64,000 nt of DNA from Candidatus Krumholzibacteriia bacterium (lineage in GTDB: Bacteria > Krumholzibacteriota > Krumholzibacteriia > Krumholzibacteriales > Krumholzibacteriaceae). Location: the NCBI GenBank assembly GCA_963836185.1, contig CAWIIQ010000001.1:2016001-2080000 (forward strand). Reading direction: 5' to 3'. The notes under the pieces are model-generated. The model did not search any database and was not told where the DNA came from. It saw only the letters and a program-made list of their open reading frames with translations. Below are positions 44,266 through 54,458 of the stretch, one piece after another. The number at the start of each line of letters is the position of its first letter. Position 1 is the stretch's first letter. The position numbers were made by a program, and so were the translations under genes.

Positions 44266-44729
44266 ACCCTCCAATGCATGATTGCCGAGAATAGTAATTT
44301 CGCACACCGGGGGTCAACAGGAGAAGGATGCATCAAGAATCCGTCGACAGCTGTGACATATTGGATTGGGCTTCTAAGACCAATCAGGAATCCTTGAACG
44401 GTCAACCAGGCTGCGAGCGTCACACCGAGCACCAGCGTTCCTGTCCATGCCCAATGATATGTTTTCGACGGGAATACAGACGCTGCCCATTTCCATCGGG
44501 GACAGACCAATAGCCCATAAATCAGTGCCAAAGTCGCTGTTCCCATAATAACCAGTAAGAATAGACCCGGCAGATGGTAATCAGATACTGGCAATTGGGG
44601 CAGTAACTCATTCAGCTGAAGCGATCTTCCCGAAGGATCGACCAGCATGGCAATGCCGCCATACAATCCACCCACACAGAGCAGAAGAAGCAGAAAAAGG
44701 ATTACCCAGATGGTCAAGGGGCGGCGCAT
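44259..44729 (-). CDS. Hypothetical membrane protein
   Basis: GGIAMLVDPSG, PGLFL, several TM helices; the C-terminus appears frameshifted. Confidence 0.7.
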   Translation of the reverse strand: MRRPLTIWVILFLLLLLCVGGLYGGIAMLVDPSGRSLQLNELLPQLPVSDYHLPGLFLLVIMGTATLALIYGLLVCPRWKWAASVFPSKTYHWAWTGTLVLGVTLAAWLTVQGFLIGLRSPIQYVTAVDGFLMHPSPVDPRCAKLLFSAIMHWRVW

Positions 44730-44824
44730 GCATGTATCCCCTGTTATATTTGACTTTTCTTTTTATTTCCGCCAGTATAGTCAGTCACAGGTAATCGAAT
44801 AATTTGTAATTATATAAGTAACAT

Positions 44825-45425
44825 ATGCCATTTCCATACTACAACAATCTAAGCGCGACCAAGAAAGAGTATTTACAGGAAAAGCGATGCCATAGATAGC
44901 ATTCCTGTCAAGGATCCGGACCGCATACACCCTGTGGCCATTAAACTCAAGAAGTCCCTTGAGGAGAATAAGCGCCGCGATGTAGCTAAGCATGCCTCTG
45001 AACTCTGCCGCCTGGTATGCAAGGGCCTCGACACAGAAGCACTCAGCGTAAAAATAAGCTCGAAGCGCCCATCAAGCGATACTGAAGAACTGCATGGCTT
45101 ATATGAGTGGGCAGAGGGGGAAACTCCTGTGCTTACTGTCTGGATGAAGACCGCCGTCAAGGGACAGGTGGTAGCGTTCAAATCATTCATCAGGACGGTA
45201 CTTCACGAACTCTGTCATCATTTGGACTACACTCACTTCGATCTTGATGACTCTTTCCACACAGAAGGCTTTTTTAAAAGAGAATCTTCTCTCTACAAAC
45301 AAATAGTCCCCATGGAGCTTCAAAAAAGTAAGCCAGATAAAAAGAAAGCCCCCCAAAAGAAGGCTGAAAGGCAAAAAAGTAAAGAGCCGGAACAAATGGA
45401 TCTTTTTAACGCTTGCTTCGCCTGA
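44825..45425 (+). CDS. SprT/WLM-like HExxH metalloprotein, antisense to the array; probable frameshift near 44865
   Basis: HELCHH...HTEGF; restored N-terminus MPFPYYNNLSATKKSIYRKSD; C-terminal QMDLF. Confidence 0.75.
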
Positions 45426-45458
45426 AAAGTCGTTTCGTGCAGACCAGGCGCCCGCGGG

Positions 45459-46028
45459 TTATTGCTCCCGCGCTGCTTTCCGAAACAACCAGGCCGACAA
45501 AAGCCACAGCGCGGCGAAGAACCCGGTCGATACCAGGATATCCAGCGGCCAGGTCGGCCCCGTGGAGCCGAATCCGGCGATCAGCGCGATCACGGCGACC
45601 AACACCTGAGCGAGCGCCGTCGCGAACAACGCGCGTGCCATTCCATGGGGCCGGAAGCGCGCGATGATGGCACCGATGATTCCGACGGCGAGCACCCCGC
45701 CATACATCAAGTTGGCGTCGTCGTGCTCAGTCCCGATGATGCCAACGGCACCGTTCACCCAGACGAGGATAAATGCTGCCGCGAGCGCAACGCCGACGGC
45801 GGATCGGTACGCGGTATTGCCTGTCTTCCTCGCTGCCAGCTCATAGGTGACACCAGCGCCGACCAGGAGGGCGCCGAGGACAGCGAAATCGGTCACATCC
45901 CAGACGACTTGATCGGTGACCTGCATCGCGAACAGGGGCAGCAGCATTATGAGCGCTGCGGCGGCCCAGGCTGCTATCCTCCATCGGTTCCGGCGCCGTC
46001 TGCCACCGTTTTCCGTGTTTCCTGTCAT
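45459..46028 (-). CDS. Multi-TM hypothetical membrane protein
   Basis: LLPLFAMQ..VVW...DF, WVNGAVGIIG; GGAGG RBS. Confidence 0.75.
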   Translation of the reverse strand: MTGNTENGGRRRRNRWRIAAWAAAALIMLLPLFAMQVTDQVVWDVTDFAVLGALLVGAGVTYELAARKTGNTAYRSAVGVALAAAFILVWVNGAVGIIGTEHDDANLMYGGVLAVGIIGAIIARFRPHGMARALFATALAQVLVAVIALIAGFGSTGPTWPLDILVSTGFFAALWLLSAWLFRKAAREQ

Positions 46029-46565
46029 CGCCTTGCCTCCGGTGATGCGTCTTGGCAGCCAGTCGCCATAAATGCCTCGTGAAACACCATGATGCCTTGT
46101 GGAATATTTTCACCTAACGGCAAGGCAAGGAATACTTCCTGTGGGATTCCTTCGTAAACCAACTCAGGATAATTTTTAAAAACCGAACTGTTTATAATAA
46201 TTCGGATCACCGACAAGAGCGCAACCCTGGGCGCCTAACTTTTTAAGCTGAGACAACCCTTCGTTAACAAGTGATTTCCCGATGCCTTGCTTTTGATACT
46301 CCGGCAAAACTGAAACCGGACCGAGGCCATACCAGCCTGTAGCGCCGTCAGAAATTGTTACAGGTGAAAAAGCAATATGCCCGATGACTTGCCCATCATT
46401 TTCTGCCACAAGGGAGATAGTCAAAACACCAGCTGCACGCAACGCATTTATTATGAAATGTTTAGTCTGGTTGCTGACTTGGACCGTCTCGAAGGCAGCT
46501 ATTGTTACCTGGGTTATTGCCTCAATACCTGCGATCGTTTCTTTTCTAATAATCATTTCCATACT
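46025..46565 (-). CDS. YhbS-like GNAT acetyltransferase, frameshift near 46178
   Basis: GHIAFSPV, LGPVSVLPEYQKQGIG, GDPNYY..FGF; continues in ORF 46025..46216. Confidence 0.85.
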
Positions 46566-46632
46566 CCGGTTCCATTTCATAATTCTACCAGGATCCATAA
46601 TCGTCGTGGCCGGAGCTCTGAGTCATCTTGAA

Positions 46633-47031
46633 TCATGAATTGTTCAGATCCTCTGGCAAGCCCAGCCATGCCAGGGCGGCGTCCATGGCACGGAATACCA
46701 CAAAATTCCAATGCACAGAATCGGCAAGCACTTCATACATTCTGGCCAGACTGAAGGAGAGATCCTTTGTAGCCACAACGGCTACTTTTGTGCTTACTGT
46801 AATGCCGGTGAGTTTCTCTTCCACTGATTCAGCAAAACGAAGAAGTGCTTCAGGGCTCCTGGAGCTGCTGTGTGTTTCCCGTAAGTCAACCAACATGTTC
46901 ATCGGTGGTTTGAATGTATCGCTTTCAAAGAATGCTTTGTAGAAGGCAAGAAACTCGTCGTCCGGCACTCGCCCGGTATGCACAAAAACAACCAGTTTGT
47001 ATTCCGGTCTGACATGAGATTCAATGGTCAT
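46633..47031 (-). CDS. STAS/SEC14-like small protein, paralogue of 43273..43661
   Basis: AVVA..DLSFSLARMY..VFRA..AA..WLG. Confidence 0.7.
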   Translation of the reverse strand: MTIESHVRPEYKLVVFVHTGRVPDDEFLAFYKAFFESDTFKPPMNMLVDLRETHSSSRSPEALLRFAESVEEKLTGITVSTKVAVVATKDLSFSLARMYEVLADSVHWNFVVFRAMDAALAWLGLPEDLNNS

Positions 47032-47068
47032 AAGTCCTCCTTATATGATCCTGACTTCGTAGAGTATT

Positions 47069-47363
47069 TCATTTCCTCGCCACAAGAATTACTTCACCGC
47101 AATATTTCCTTAGTCCTGGAAATAAGGCCAGCAAGATATTATCTGTTTTCTTTACAAGATACAGAAACCAACGAATGGGTGGAAATGTTAATCCGTTTCT
47201 AAAAATACGCTTACTCATAAAGAAAAGAGACATCAATTCAATGCTGTACATCAATCTTATAAGTCCTGGAGTCAAACGGCAGGCTGTCTTTTTATTCTAT
47301 GTCGTGCTCTTCACTTTCAATGCGTTCCCATTCCTCAGGAGATATATGGCTATTTTTTGTCAT
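47069..47363 (-). pseudogene. AT-rich decayed cassette remnant
   Basis: Start MTKNSH with in-frame stops; tail DNILL..PGLRKYCGEVILVARK resembles methyltransferase C-termini. Confidence 0.45.
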
Positions 47364-47396
47364 CTTGTGATTCCTTTCTTGATCTTTTTACATTCG

Positions 47397-47493
47397 ATCC
47401 ATTGTTCAGTTTCAGATGCGAAGACGATTGCCCGGCCCGTGCCCCGCAGTCGCCGTGACAGACAAGACAGGCAGCTGAAGGCAGAAGCTGGAT
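47397..47493 (-). repeat. Degenerate attC (main family)
   Basis: gttcagtttcagatgcg...gtgccccgcagtcgccgtgacagacaagac..cagctgaaggc; both R boxes mutated. Confidence 0.8.
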
Positions 47494-47497
47494 GACT

Positions 47498-48347
47498 TCA
47501 TTTCCTCTCAACAGATCTTGCTACAACGGCGAACTCATCAGCATCAGGATCATAAACCTTACCAGCAACATCACCCCAGATTTCAATTACCTGTAGCCCA
47601 CAACTATCGAATTCGCTCTTGACCTCTGATGGTTCAAAGCACTGAAGCCAATTGAAGACCTGACGCGTACGTTCCCTTTCGACTATGGTGTACTTGTCCA
47701 GTAATACTCGCTCTTTATCATATTTGAACTTATTGAGAAATCCATAATATTCATCCGGAGACCAGAATCCGTTGAGAAGATTCAACTCGTAGGTTGCACT
47801 CTCTTTGCGTCGGTCGAACATGTGTTCGAATAGACATCGAGAAGAACAGCTCCCCCATCAGCCAGTAACATACGGTATTTATTCAACATTAAAGAACGCT
47901 GATCACGATTGAGCGCGCAAAAGTCACACATGATCATTATGATCAGATCAAAGCGAGCAATCTGTGTCATAGCTTAGATAGTCCGCCTCGACGTATTCGA
48001 TATCCAGATTTTCATCTGCAGCCTTATCGCGGGCATATCGAAGCGAGTTGGCCGAAAAGTCAATTCCCGTGACTTTTGCACCGGCCTGAGCGAGGCGCTG
48101 TGCATATAACCCAGGCCCACATCCGAAATCTGCCACTCTGGATTCAGCAGTAAGCCCGAAATGCGACACGATCCACTCCACAGAACGTTCAATAAAAACA
48201 GGATTCCTCGATGCTGCCTCTATATTCTCATTCAGATGATACGAGAGCATCTGTTCCGATGTGTATGGATCGGTCCATAACTCTTGTGTTGTGTACTCCG
48301 AAAACGGTTCTAGGCCGTCTATTTACTTCATGTAAAAATTCGTACAA
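47498..48347 (-). pseudogene. Class I SAM methyltransferase with several frameshifts
   Basis: LWTDP..SEQML..HLN, DFGCGPGLY, GIDFS spread across 3-4 frames. Confidence 0.7.
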
Positions 48348-48366
48348 TTGGATCTCCCTTAATCGC

Positions 48367-48459
48367 AGCTAAAGTTCAGCTTAAGCAGCAGCGAGAAGCG
48401 CCGACAACAAGCTATGATCTAAAAACCTTTCTGTCTGTGTCTCCAACAAGGGGCAGCCG
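48367..48459 (-). repeat. Highly degenerate attC (main family)
   Basis: agctaaagttcagcttaagcagc resembles cctaacgt(t)cagcttcagctgc; the other arm is barely recognisable. Confidence 0.5.
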
Positions 48460-49948
48460 TCACTTGATCTTCTTGGCCGGAATCTCCATGCCTTGGTAAA
48501 AGATGACCAGGCCGGTCACGGTGCCATCAGAATCTCGGCTGAAGGTGAAGTAATACGGCTTTCCGTCAATGAAGAATTCCGTCTCGGAGACGGCCATCAC
48601 GTCGTCCCAGTAGTTCCCGTCCCCGGACCCGACCAGACGTCCATCCTCAACCTTCAGGAAGATAGAATCCCCTGGCTGCACTTCATACTGCCCGGTGACG
48701 GCATCGAAGATCGAGGGATCGATCTTGACGGTCTTCCGCTCCGGCTCGGGTGTCGGTGGCGGAACCGAAGGGTCGAACGGCTGATACCCCAGCCATGTGA
48801 AGGGCGAACTCTGGTCACCGATCACTCGCTCGACGATCAGGTGAGCGATGCTCTCGAAGTTGGAACTATTGCTCAGGAGGACAACCCCGATCTTCTTGTC
48901 CAGGTAGGTGACCGTGTAGTTCTCCCAGCCGACATCGTGACCCGTGTGGAAGAACGCCCGCCCGAACTCGGTTTCGAACAGGCCCCACCCAAGTCCCCAG
49001 GCGAGATGAATGGTCTTGTTATCCTCCGTTGTTTCGCCCGCCAACGGGCCGAACATTCTTTTGGACAGCACCGGGACCTGAGGCGCGAACATCTGATCGA
49101 TCGAATCCTGCTCGAGACCCTCGCCACTCAGAACAGCAAGGAGTAGCCTCGCAAAGTCCGAGGCGGTGGTCAGCAAGGATCCGGCTGCGCTCGGTTTCGC
49201 GCCCCGGCTCTTCTTGATCCGTTTCTGTCGTTCCGTGTGCCCGTCGGCGTGGTTCGTTTCGAAAGCCGGCTCCCAGACATAGCTTGTGTGCGACATGTTC
49301 AACGGCATAAACAGACTCTCCCGGGCCAGTACATCCAGGGGCTTGCCCGTTATGTTCTCGACAACCATCTGCAGAAAGTGGAAACCCTTCGCCGCTGTAG
49401 CTGAACCGTTCGCCCGGTGGAAAGACGAACGTGAGTTCGCCTCCCTCCTACAGCAGGCGGAAATTGGGCCAGCCCGTGGTATGCGTCAACACACGGCGGG
49501 CCGTAATCTCCCGCATCCGAGGGTCATCCCTCAGATCCTCCCACTTCGGATACTCGCCGATGGGCCTGTCAAGGTAATCAACAAGGGGGCGATCCAACTC
49601 CAGCAATCCGTTCTCGACCAACTGCATGACCAGACAGGCAAAAGTCGGCTTGCTGAACGAGAGCCCGGGGAACACCGTCTCCCGATCCGGGACAAGTCCC
49701 GACGTACGGCTCTTCAGGCCCCACTCGTGCTCGTAGACTACATCGCCGTCGTTGATGATCGCCATCTGAAGGCCCATCACGCCGGCGTTATCCATCACCG
49801 CCGCGACATACTCTTCTATTTCACCTACGGAGACGTAGCTGTCGTCGATCCGCCTGATCTGCTGCCTGCCTGCATCGACCGTGCGCGAGTCGCATGCCCA
49901 TAACATCGCAGTGACAAGCAGCATGGGAATAAGGAGCATGGCTCTCAT
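48460..49948 (-). CDS. Serine hydrolase (beta-lactamase/AmpC-like family) lipoprotein, frameshifted near 49390-49450
   Basis: LWAC lipobox, SFSK, LTHTTG, FHTG motifs. Confidence 0.85.
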
Positions 49949-49993
49949 GAATTCTTTCTCCGATCCGAAACGAGCGGGATTACACTTTCGACA

Positions 49994-50093
49994 GCACATC
50001 GTTCAGCTTCAGCTGCGGTCGCCAGGCTGGCGCGGTGGGTGCCCCGCAGCCGCCGTGACAGCCAAGACCGCCAGTTGCATGCGAGGGTTAGGC
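49994..50093 (-). repeat. attC (main family), R' core mutated
   Basis: gcacatc (expected RYYYAAC)-gttcagcttcagctgcgg...ccgccagttgcatgc-gttaggc. Confidence 0.85.
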
Positions 50094-50097
50094 CTAC

Positions 50098-50541
50098 TTA
50101 AACCCTCTTGGGACGGAGAAACGCTACAACACCAAACGTTATTCCAACAAGAATATCCACTGCCGCACAGATAAATAGAATTGTCGATATACTTTGCATC
50201 GACGGGCCGTGAGATCGGTATGCTGAGGCCGCGTCGACAAGCGCTAATCCCAACATCAGAACAACGAATCCGACTACAACAAGACCAGATGTCGAGGCCC
50301 AACTTCGTTCCTTTGACACAATAACTATAACCGCACAAGCAGTTGCTGCAACTAGGGTTAAACTAAAATTCACCCAGAATGCCGGCACGGCTCTATTTGG
50401 ATTGGCACCAGGAGAGTTGTCAGACTTGATCCCTGGGATCACACTCAGCGCCAATAATATGGCAACCAAGACGAGAAGAATCGTACAGCCCAGCAGCATT
50501 CGTCTGCTCGACTTGAGGTTCATCTTCATAATTTCCTCCAA
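50098..50541 (-). CDS. Four-TM hypothetical membrane protein (cassette 7)
   Basis: Hydrophobic ORF bounded by attC sites; GGAGG RBS. Confidence 0.75.
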   Translation of the reverse strand: MEEIMKMNLKSSRRMLLGCTILLVLVAILLALSVIPGIKSDNSPGANPNRAVPAFWVNFSLTLVAATACAVIVIVSKERSWASTSGLVVVGFVVLMLGLALVDAASAYRSHGPSMQSISTILFICAAVDILVGITFGVVAFLRPKRV

Positions 50542-50564
50542 ATCATGATCTCATTCCCAACTGG

Positions 50565-50660
50565 GCCAAACGTCTGTTTCAGCTGCGACAAGGCTGGCGA
50601 GCCGGTTGCCCTGCAAGCGGCATGATAGTCGCAGTCGTCAGCTGCATGCGATAGTTAGGT
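50565..50660 (-). repeat. attC (main family)
   Basis: gccaaac-gtctgtttcagctgcgac...gtcgtcagctgcatgc-gttaggt. Confidence 0.92.
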
Positions 50661-50678
50661 TGTGTGTCTCCATCTCTT

Positions 50679-51272
50679 TTACCTGCGATCGTGTATACGT
50701 GGCACGAACCGCGGAACCTTTTTTTTGTACTCAATATATCTCGTGCCGAAACGAGCCGTAAGTTCACGTTCCTCAAGCACTGCTATGACGAAGATCATCA
50801 CCACGTAGACGCCCCACAGAAGGTAGAGTATCAGGTAGTTGGTCAGAAGTGCCATCGCCGCAATCGCTAAAGTCATCGCGACGAACCTTGGATGCCTCAT
50901 GTGCGAGTACACTCCATCCTCCACGAGGTTTCCAGGTTCATCCGGGGAGATCTCTGACAGTCCGAATGCCATCGTCTTAGGAACCCGGCGGTAGACCAGA
51001 ATGTTGAGGTACGAAGAGCCCGCTATAAGAATACACGACACACAAGCCAACGGCCAGCGGAAGCCGTATCGAACGTGTAAGAGTGGATTGCGTACCAAAT
51101 ACATGCCCAGCATGACCAAGATAGTAGATGCGGCAACAATGAGCATGCTCCCGGTTGATCCCAGGCGCCGCCAGAATGAGACTAAAGAATGCAGCAGCAC
51201 CCACGCTATCAGAGTTGCTGGAACAGTGATGAGCGTAAGGAGCGCAAGGTAGTAGAGCACACTATCCTGCAT
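50679..51272 (-). CDS. Isoprenylcysteine carboxylmethyltransferase/PEMT-family membrane protein (cassette 6)
   Basis: LVEDGVYSHMRHPRF, EEREL..RFG..Y..YKKKVPRFVP. Confidence 0.9.
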   Translation of the reverse strand: MQDSVLYYLALLTLITVPATLIAWVLLHSLVSFWRRLGSTGSMLIVAASTILVMLGMYLVRNPLLHVRYGFRWPLACVSCILIAGSSYLNILVYRRVPKTMAFGLSEISPDEPGNLVEDGVYSHMRHPRFVAMTLAIAAMALLTNYLILYLLWGVYVVMIFVIAVLEERELTARFGTRYIEYKKKVPRFVPRIHDRR

Positions 51273-51314
51273 CGGCTTTTATACCTCTCAAATGCCAGTT
51301 CGCCATGTGTCGCA

Positions 51315-51411
51315 ACCTAACGTTGGCTCCACCTGCAAAGACGATTGGCGCGGACAGTGCGCAAGCAGGGTACGTGACAAACGGCTTTGTGGGTGCAAGC
51401 TCTTGTCAGGT
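51315..51411 (-). repeat. attC (diverged member of the main family)
   Basis: acctaac-gttggctccacctgcaaag...ctttgtgggtgcaagc-gtcaggt; R'' carries the TGA stop. Confidence 0.85.
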
Positions 51412-52047
51412 CGTTTCCTTCGCTCCTTCGAGATAGACGGCGTCCATCGAAAAATCTTCCACCGGCTCGACAACACATCGGATGATCGCGAACCCGGCTT
51501 CTTGTGCCCATGTCGCCATTTCGTTGCTGCAGTATCTGAGAGCAACAATGTCCGACTCGTCTCCGTAGTCGATAGCCCCGCTGCCCTCCCACGTCGCGAC
51601 AACAAGCTGCCCACCGGGTCCCAGGATCCGATACCACTCACGGAAGGCCAACTCAACACCCTCGGAATCCAGGTGGTGCAGTGCAAAGAAATTCAGGACC
51701 GCGCTGCTTGATCCGAGACCAACTGCGGACAGGTCGCGCATGTCACCGACGACAAGCTGCGCATTAGGCCCGAGCTTCTCCCCAGCAATTGATACCATGC
51801 GCGGCGACAGATCTATTCCCAAGAGCGGGCGATTACTATCGTAGCGCTCGTGGTACATGGAGAGCATATGCCCCGAGCCACAGGCGGTATCGACAACTGC
51901 GCCCGGTATATTCGCAATGCGATCACGCAGGCGCCCCAAAATGTCGGCATAGACTGGAAGGCCTATTTCCGCGTCCATCATCTGCGCGTACGAGTCCGCC
52001 GTTTCCTCATATATTTTGCGTACTTCATTTGTGGGCGATGGCTGCAT
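51406..52047 (-). CDS. Class I SAM methyltransferase (cassette 5)
   Basis: VDTACGSG, GIDLSPRM, GDMRDL, LGPGG. Confidence 0.9.
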   Translation of the reverse strand: MQPSPTNEVRKIYEETADSYAQMMDAEIGLPVYADILGRLRDRIANIPGAVVDTACGSGHMLSMYHERYDSNRPLLGIDLSPRMVSIAGEKLGPNAQLVVGDMRDLSAVGLGSSSAVLNFFALHHLDSEGVELAFREWYRILGPGGQLVVATWEGSGAIDYGDESDIVALRYCSNEMATWAQEAGFAIIRCVVEPVEDFSMDAVYLEGAKETT

Positions 52048-52060
52048 GATTTTCCAGTCG

Positions 52061-52156
52061 ACCTAACGTCAGCTTCAGCTGCGACAAGGCTGGCGGGCCG
52101 GTTGCTCCGCAAGCGGCATGACAGCCGTAGTCGCCAGCTGCAAGCAGTGGTTAAGT
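52061..52156 (-). repeat. attC (main family)
   Basis: acctaac-gtcagcttcagctgcgac...gtcgccagctgcaagc-gttaagt. Confidence 0.95.
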
Positions 52157-52162
52157 GGTGCC

Positions 52163-52381
52163 CTAATTCTTGGACTGGCGCACGCACCACATGATCGCAA
52201 GCACTGCGCCTAGAACGCATCCGGCCCCGAACACCATGCCTAAAAAGACGGCGTGAGGTAAAGTAAGCCGCCAGAACAATACGTTAGTTTCCACAGGCTG
52301 AAAGTTCTGCAAGACGATTATGGCACCAAGTACACCTAATACGATCGCAACGATCATCTTGGCGCGTGATGGTCCTGTCAT
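52163..52381 (-). CDS. LapA (DUF1049)-like small membrane protein (cassette 4)
   Basis: IVLQNFQPVETNVLFW..LP between two TM helices; strong RBS. Confidence 0.8.
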   Translation of the reverse strand: MTGPSRAKMIVAIVLGVLGAIIVLQNFQPVETNVLFWRLTLPHAVFLGMVFGAGCVLGAVLAIMWCVRQSKN

Positions 52382-52416
52382 ATTCCCCTCCTATTTGAGG
52401 CCCATAGTAAATATCC

Positions 52417-52479
52417 ACTTAACGCTCCCCCTCAGCGGCGCGCCGCAAGCGGCGCGTCCGCTGCAGCGGGTTGTTAGGC
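52417..52479 (-). repeat. Short 63-bp attC of a second type
   Basis: acttaac-gctccccctcagcggcgcgccgc-aa-gcggcgcgtccgctgcagcgggtt-gttaggc. Confidence 0.93.
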
Positions 52480-52523
52480 CGCACCGCCACTGCGGGAACT
52501 TGGCAGCGTGATTTCGCCATTCC

Positions 52524-52930
52524 TCAGTTCTCTTGCATCGCTCCAAATCCCGTATCGTCCGCCTCGTGCATGTCGGGGACGTTGATGGCGTGCTCGCCCA
52601 GCCATTGGTTCACCTCGACTCGCTGGAAGCGTCCCTTGGCCCCGACAAGGAACCGGATCAGCTGACCGGGTTTGGCTGGCAGTACCCGGCCTTCCTTCAC
52701 CACGATGGTGCCGTTGACGATCACAAAGGGGATGCCGACCGGCGGCAGCCCGTTCTCGCCCTCCTTGTAGGTCGCGCGGGCAGCGACGGTGGACGGGTCA
52801 AACAGCGTCAGATCGGCAACCTCCCCGACCTGCACGCGTCCGCGCTCCTTCATCGCATCCAGCCCGGTGTCCCCCAGGTGCTTGGCGGTCCAGTAGCTCA
52901 ACTGCGCCAGGGTGAACCCTTGCCTTCTTG
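52524..52930 (-). pseudogene. C-terminal fragment of a D-aminoacylase-like amidohydrolase
   Basis: RGRVQVGEVADLTLFDP...GIPFVIVNG; the catalytic N-terminal part is absent. Confidence 0.7.
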
Positions 52931-52968
52931 CATAAGCGTGGCCATCATCAGGGCAAAAACCATGAAAC

Positions 52969-54408
52969 CTATTCCTCACGACGGAAAATCCGGTGCTGCA
53001 TGCTAAGGAACGCCGGCTTTCCAGACTTGTCACGCAGCAACTGACCAACCGTTCCCCGGAAGGGACCATCTGTCATGATAACCATGTCTTTACCCGCGCT
53101 ACTCATCGAAATCGGGGGAGGGTTCTCATAAACTTTCATTCCTCCTAATGGTTTGTATAAACGCTCAGCCATGAGCTGGTCGTTGTCAAAATAGAGTTTG
53201 TAGTCTTCATTATCCCCTAACCAAAGACCTTCGAAAGGTTCAAGGGAACTACGATCTGCAGTGATTGCAACTAAGGGTATTTTCTCAATATCTAAATACT
53301 TTTTGAGAGCCAGTGCGATTACCGCATCGTACACCTCAATACCACGGTCGCTGTTCGTAAGAACAACAATCCCAAATTTCTTATCCGGTGCAAACAGCAT
53401 CTTGGCGGTAGCCCCTCCCGACCGACCGGCATGAAAAACGGTTCGCACACCGCCGATATCCTCAACGAACCACGCAACGCCGGTGTGTTCACTCAGCTCG
53501 CCTTCGACCAAGGGACTGTGCGCCAGGTCCAGCAACTTTGGAGACAACAGTTGACTGCCGTCCTTGTCCTTACCGTCAAACTGAAATTGCATCCACTTCA
53601 TCATATCACTGACATTACTGAGTATGGCTCCGGCCGGATAGACGCTGCGCGGAAAAGGCGCAAAGCTGACCTGAGGTTCGGACGTCCCGTCATATACTCC
53701 GGCATGGCCAACAGCAAAGCGGTCTGCCATTAGTTCCGCCATGAAGAAGGAGGTGTGCGTCATGCCCAGGGGCAGAAACAACTCGTCCTTAACTTTTTGT
53801 TCATAAGATTTTGCACGGCTTACGCCTTGAATGAGACGTCCTGCAATGATGTAGTTGTTATTGTTGTAGGCCCAGACCTCGCCATAAGGTGTGCGTTGTG
53901 GTAGGAATCGAAAAGACCGCACGGCCTTCTCCAAGGCATCTTCCCCCGAACTGGGATCCTCAAAGTAGTCGCCTTGCCAGCCAGTCCGGTGCTGGAAAAG
54001 GTCGATGACCTTCGCCTTTTCTGAAGCCTCTCTATCCAGGACCGAAAACTCCGGGAGATACTTCCGAACCGGGGCTTCGAGGTCGAGCTCTCCGCGTTCT
54101 GCCATTTTAAGAACCACCGTGGCCGTAAAGGGCTTTGTCGTGGAACCGATATAAAACACGGTGTTTTCAGTGACAGCCTGAGGATCGTCAAGATTGGTAA
54201 TGCCGATGCCGGCCATTTGGACCTTGCCATCGTGAATGATCCCAATGGCTATACCTGGGACTTTGATCTCGTCCATGAGCCGCTGAGCTTCGCTCTTGAT
54301 TTCCTCAAACCTCGTGTCCAGGTTTTCCTGTGCAAATGCCTGTTGGACTGTCATCAATGACGAGACTATTACAGTAAAAAACAGTGCCATGTTTCGTTTC
54401 ATTGTCAT
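52969..54408 (-). CDS. Exported serine hydrolase, beta-lactamase-related (cassette 3)
   Basis: STTK, YNN, HAG motifs; signal peptide; start MTMKRN after GAAGGAG. Confidence 0.9.
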   Translation of the reverse strand: MTMKRNMALFFTVIVSSLMTVQQAFAQENLDTRFEEIKSEAQRLMDEIKVPGIAIGIIHDGKVQMAGIGITNLDDPQAVTENTVFYIGSTTKPFTATVVLKMAERGELDLEAPVRKYLPEFSVLDREASEKAKVIDLFQHRTGWQGDYFEDPSSGEDALEKAVRSFRFLPQRTPYGEVWAYNNNNYIIAGRLIQGVSRAKSYEQKVKDELFLPLGMTHTSFFMAELMADRFAVGHAGVYDGTSEPQVSFAPFPRSVYPAGAILSNVSDMMKWMQFQFDGKDKDGSQLLSPKLLDLAHSPLVEGELSEHTGVAWFVEDIGGVRTVFHAGRSGGATAKMLFAPDKKFGIVVLTNSDRGIEVYDAVIALALKKYLDIEKIPLVAITADRSSLEPFEGLWLGDNEDYKLYFDNDQLMAERLYKPLGGMKVYENPPPISMSSAGKDMVIMTDGPFRGTVGQLLRDKSGKPAFLSMQHRIFRREE

Positions 54409-54458
54409 CTTGGGTTCTCCTTCTTTGATGTTGCTCTGGTTTGGGTCTTTCTCTTTTA

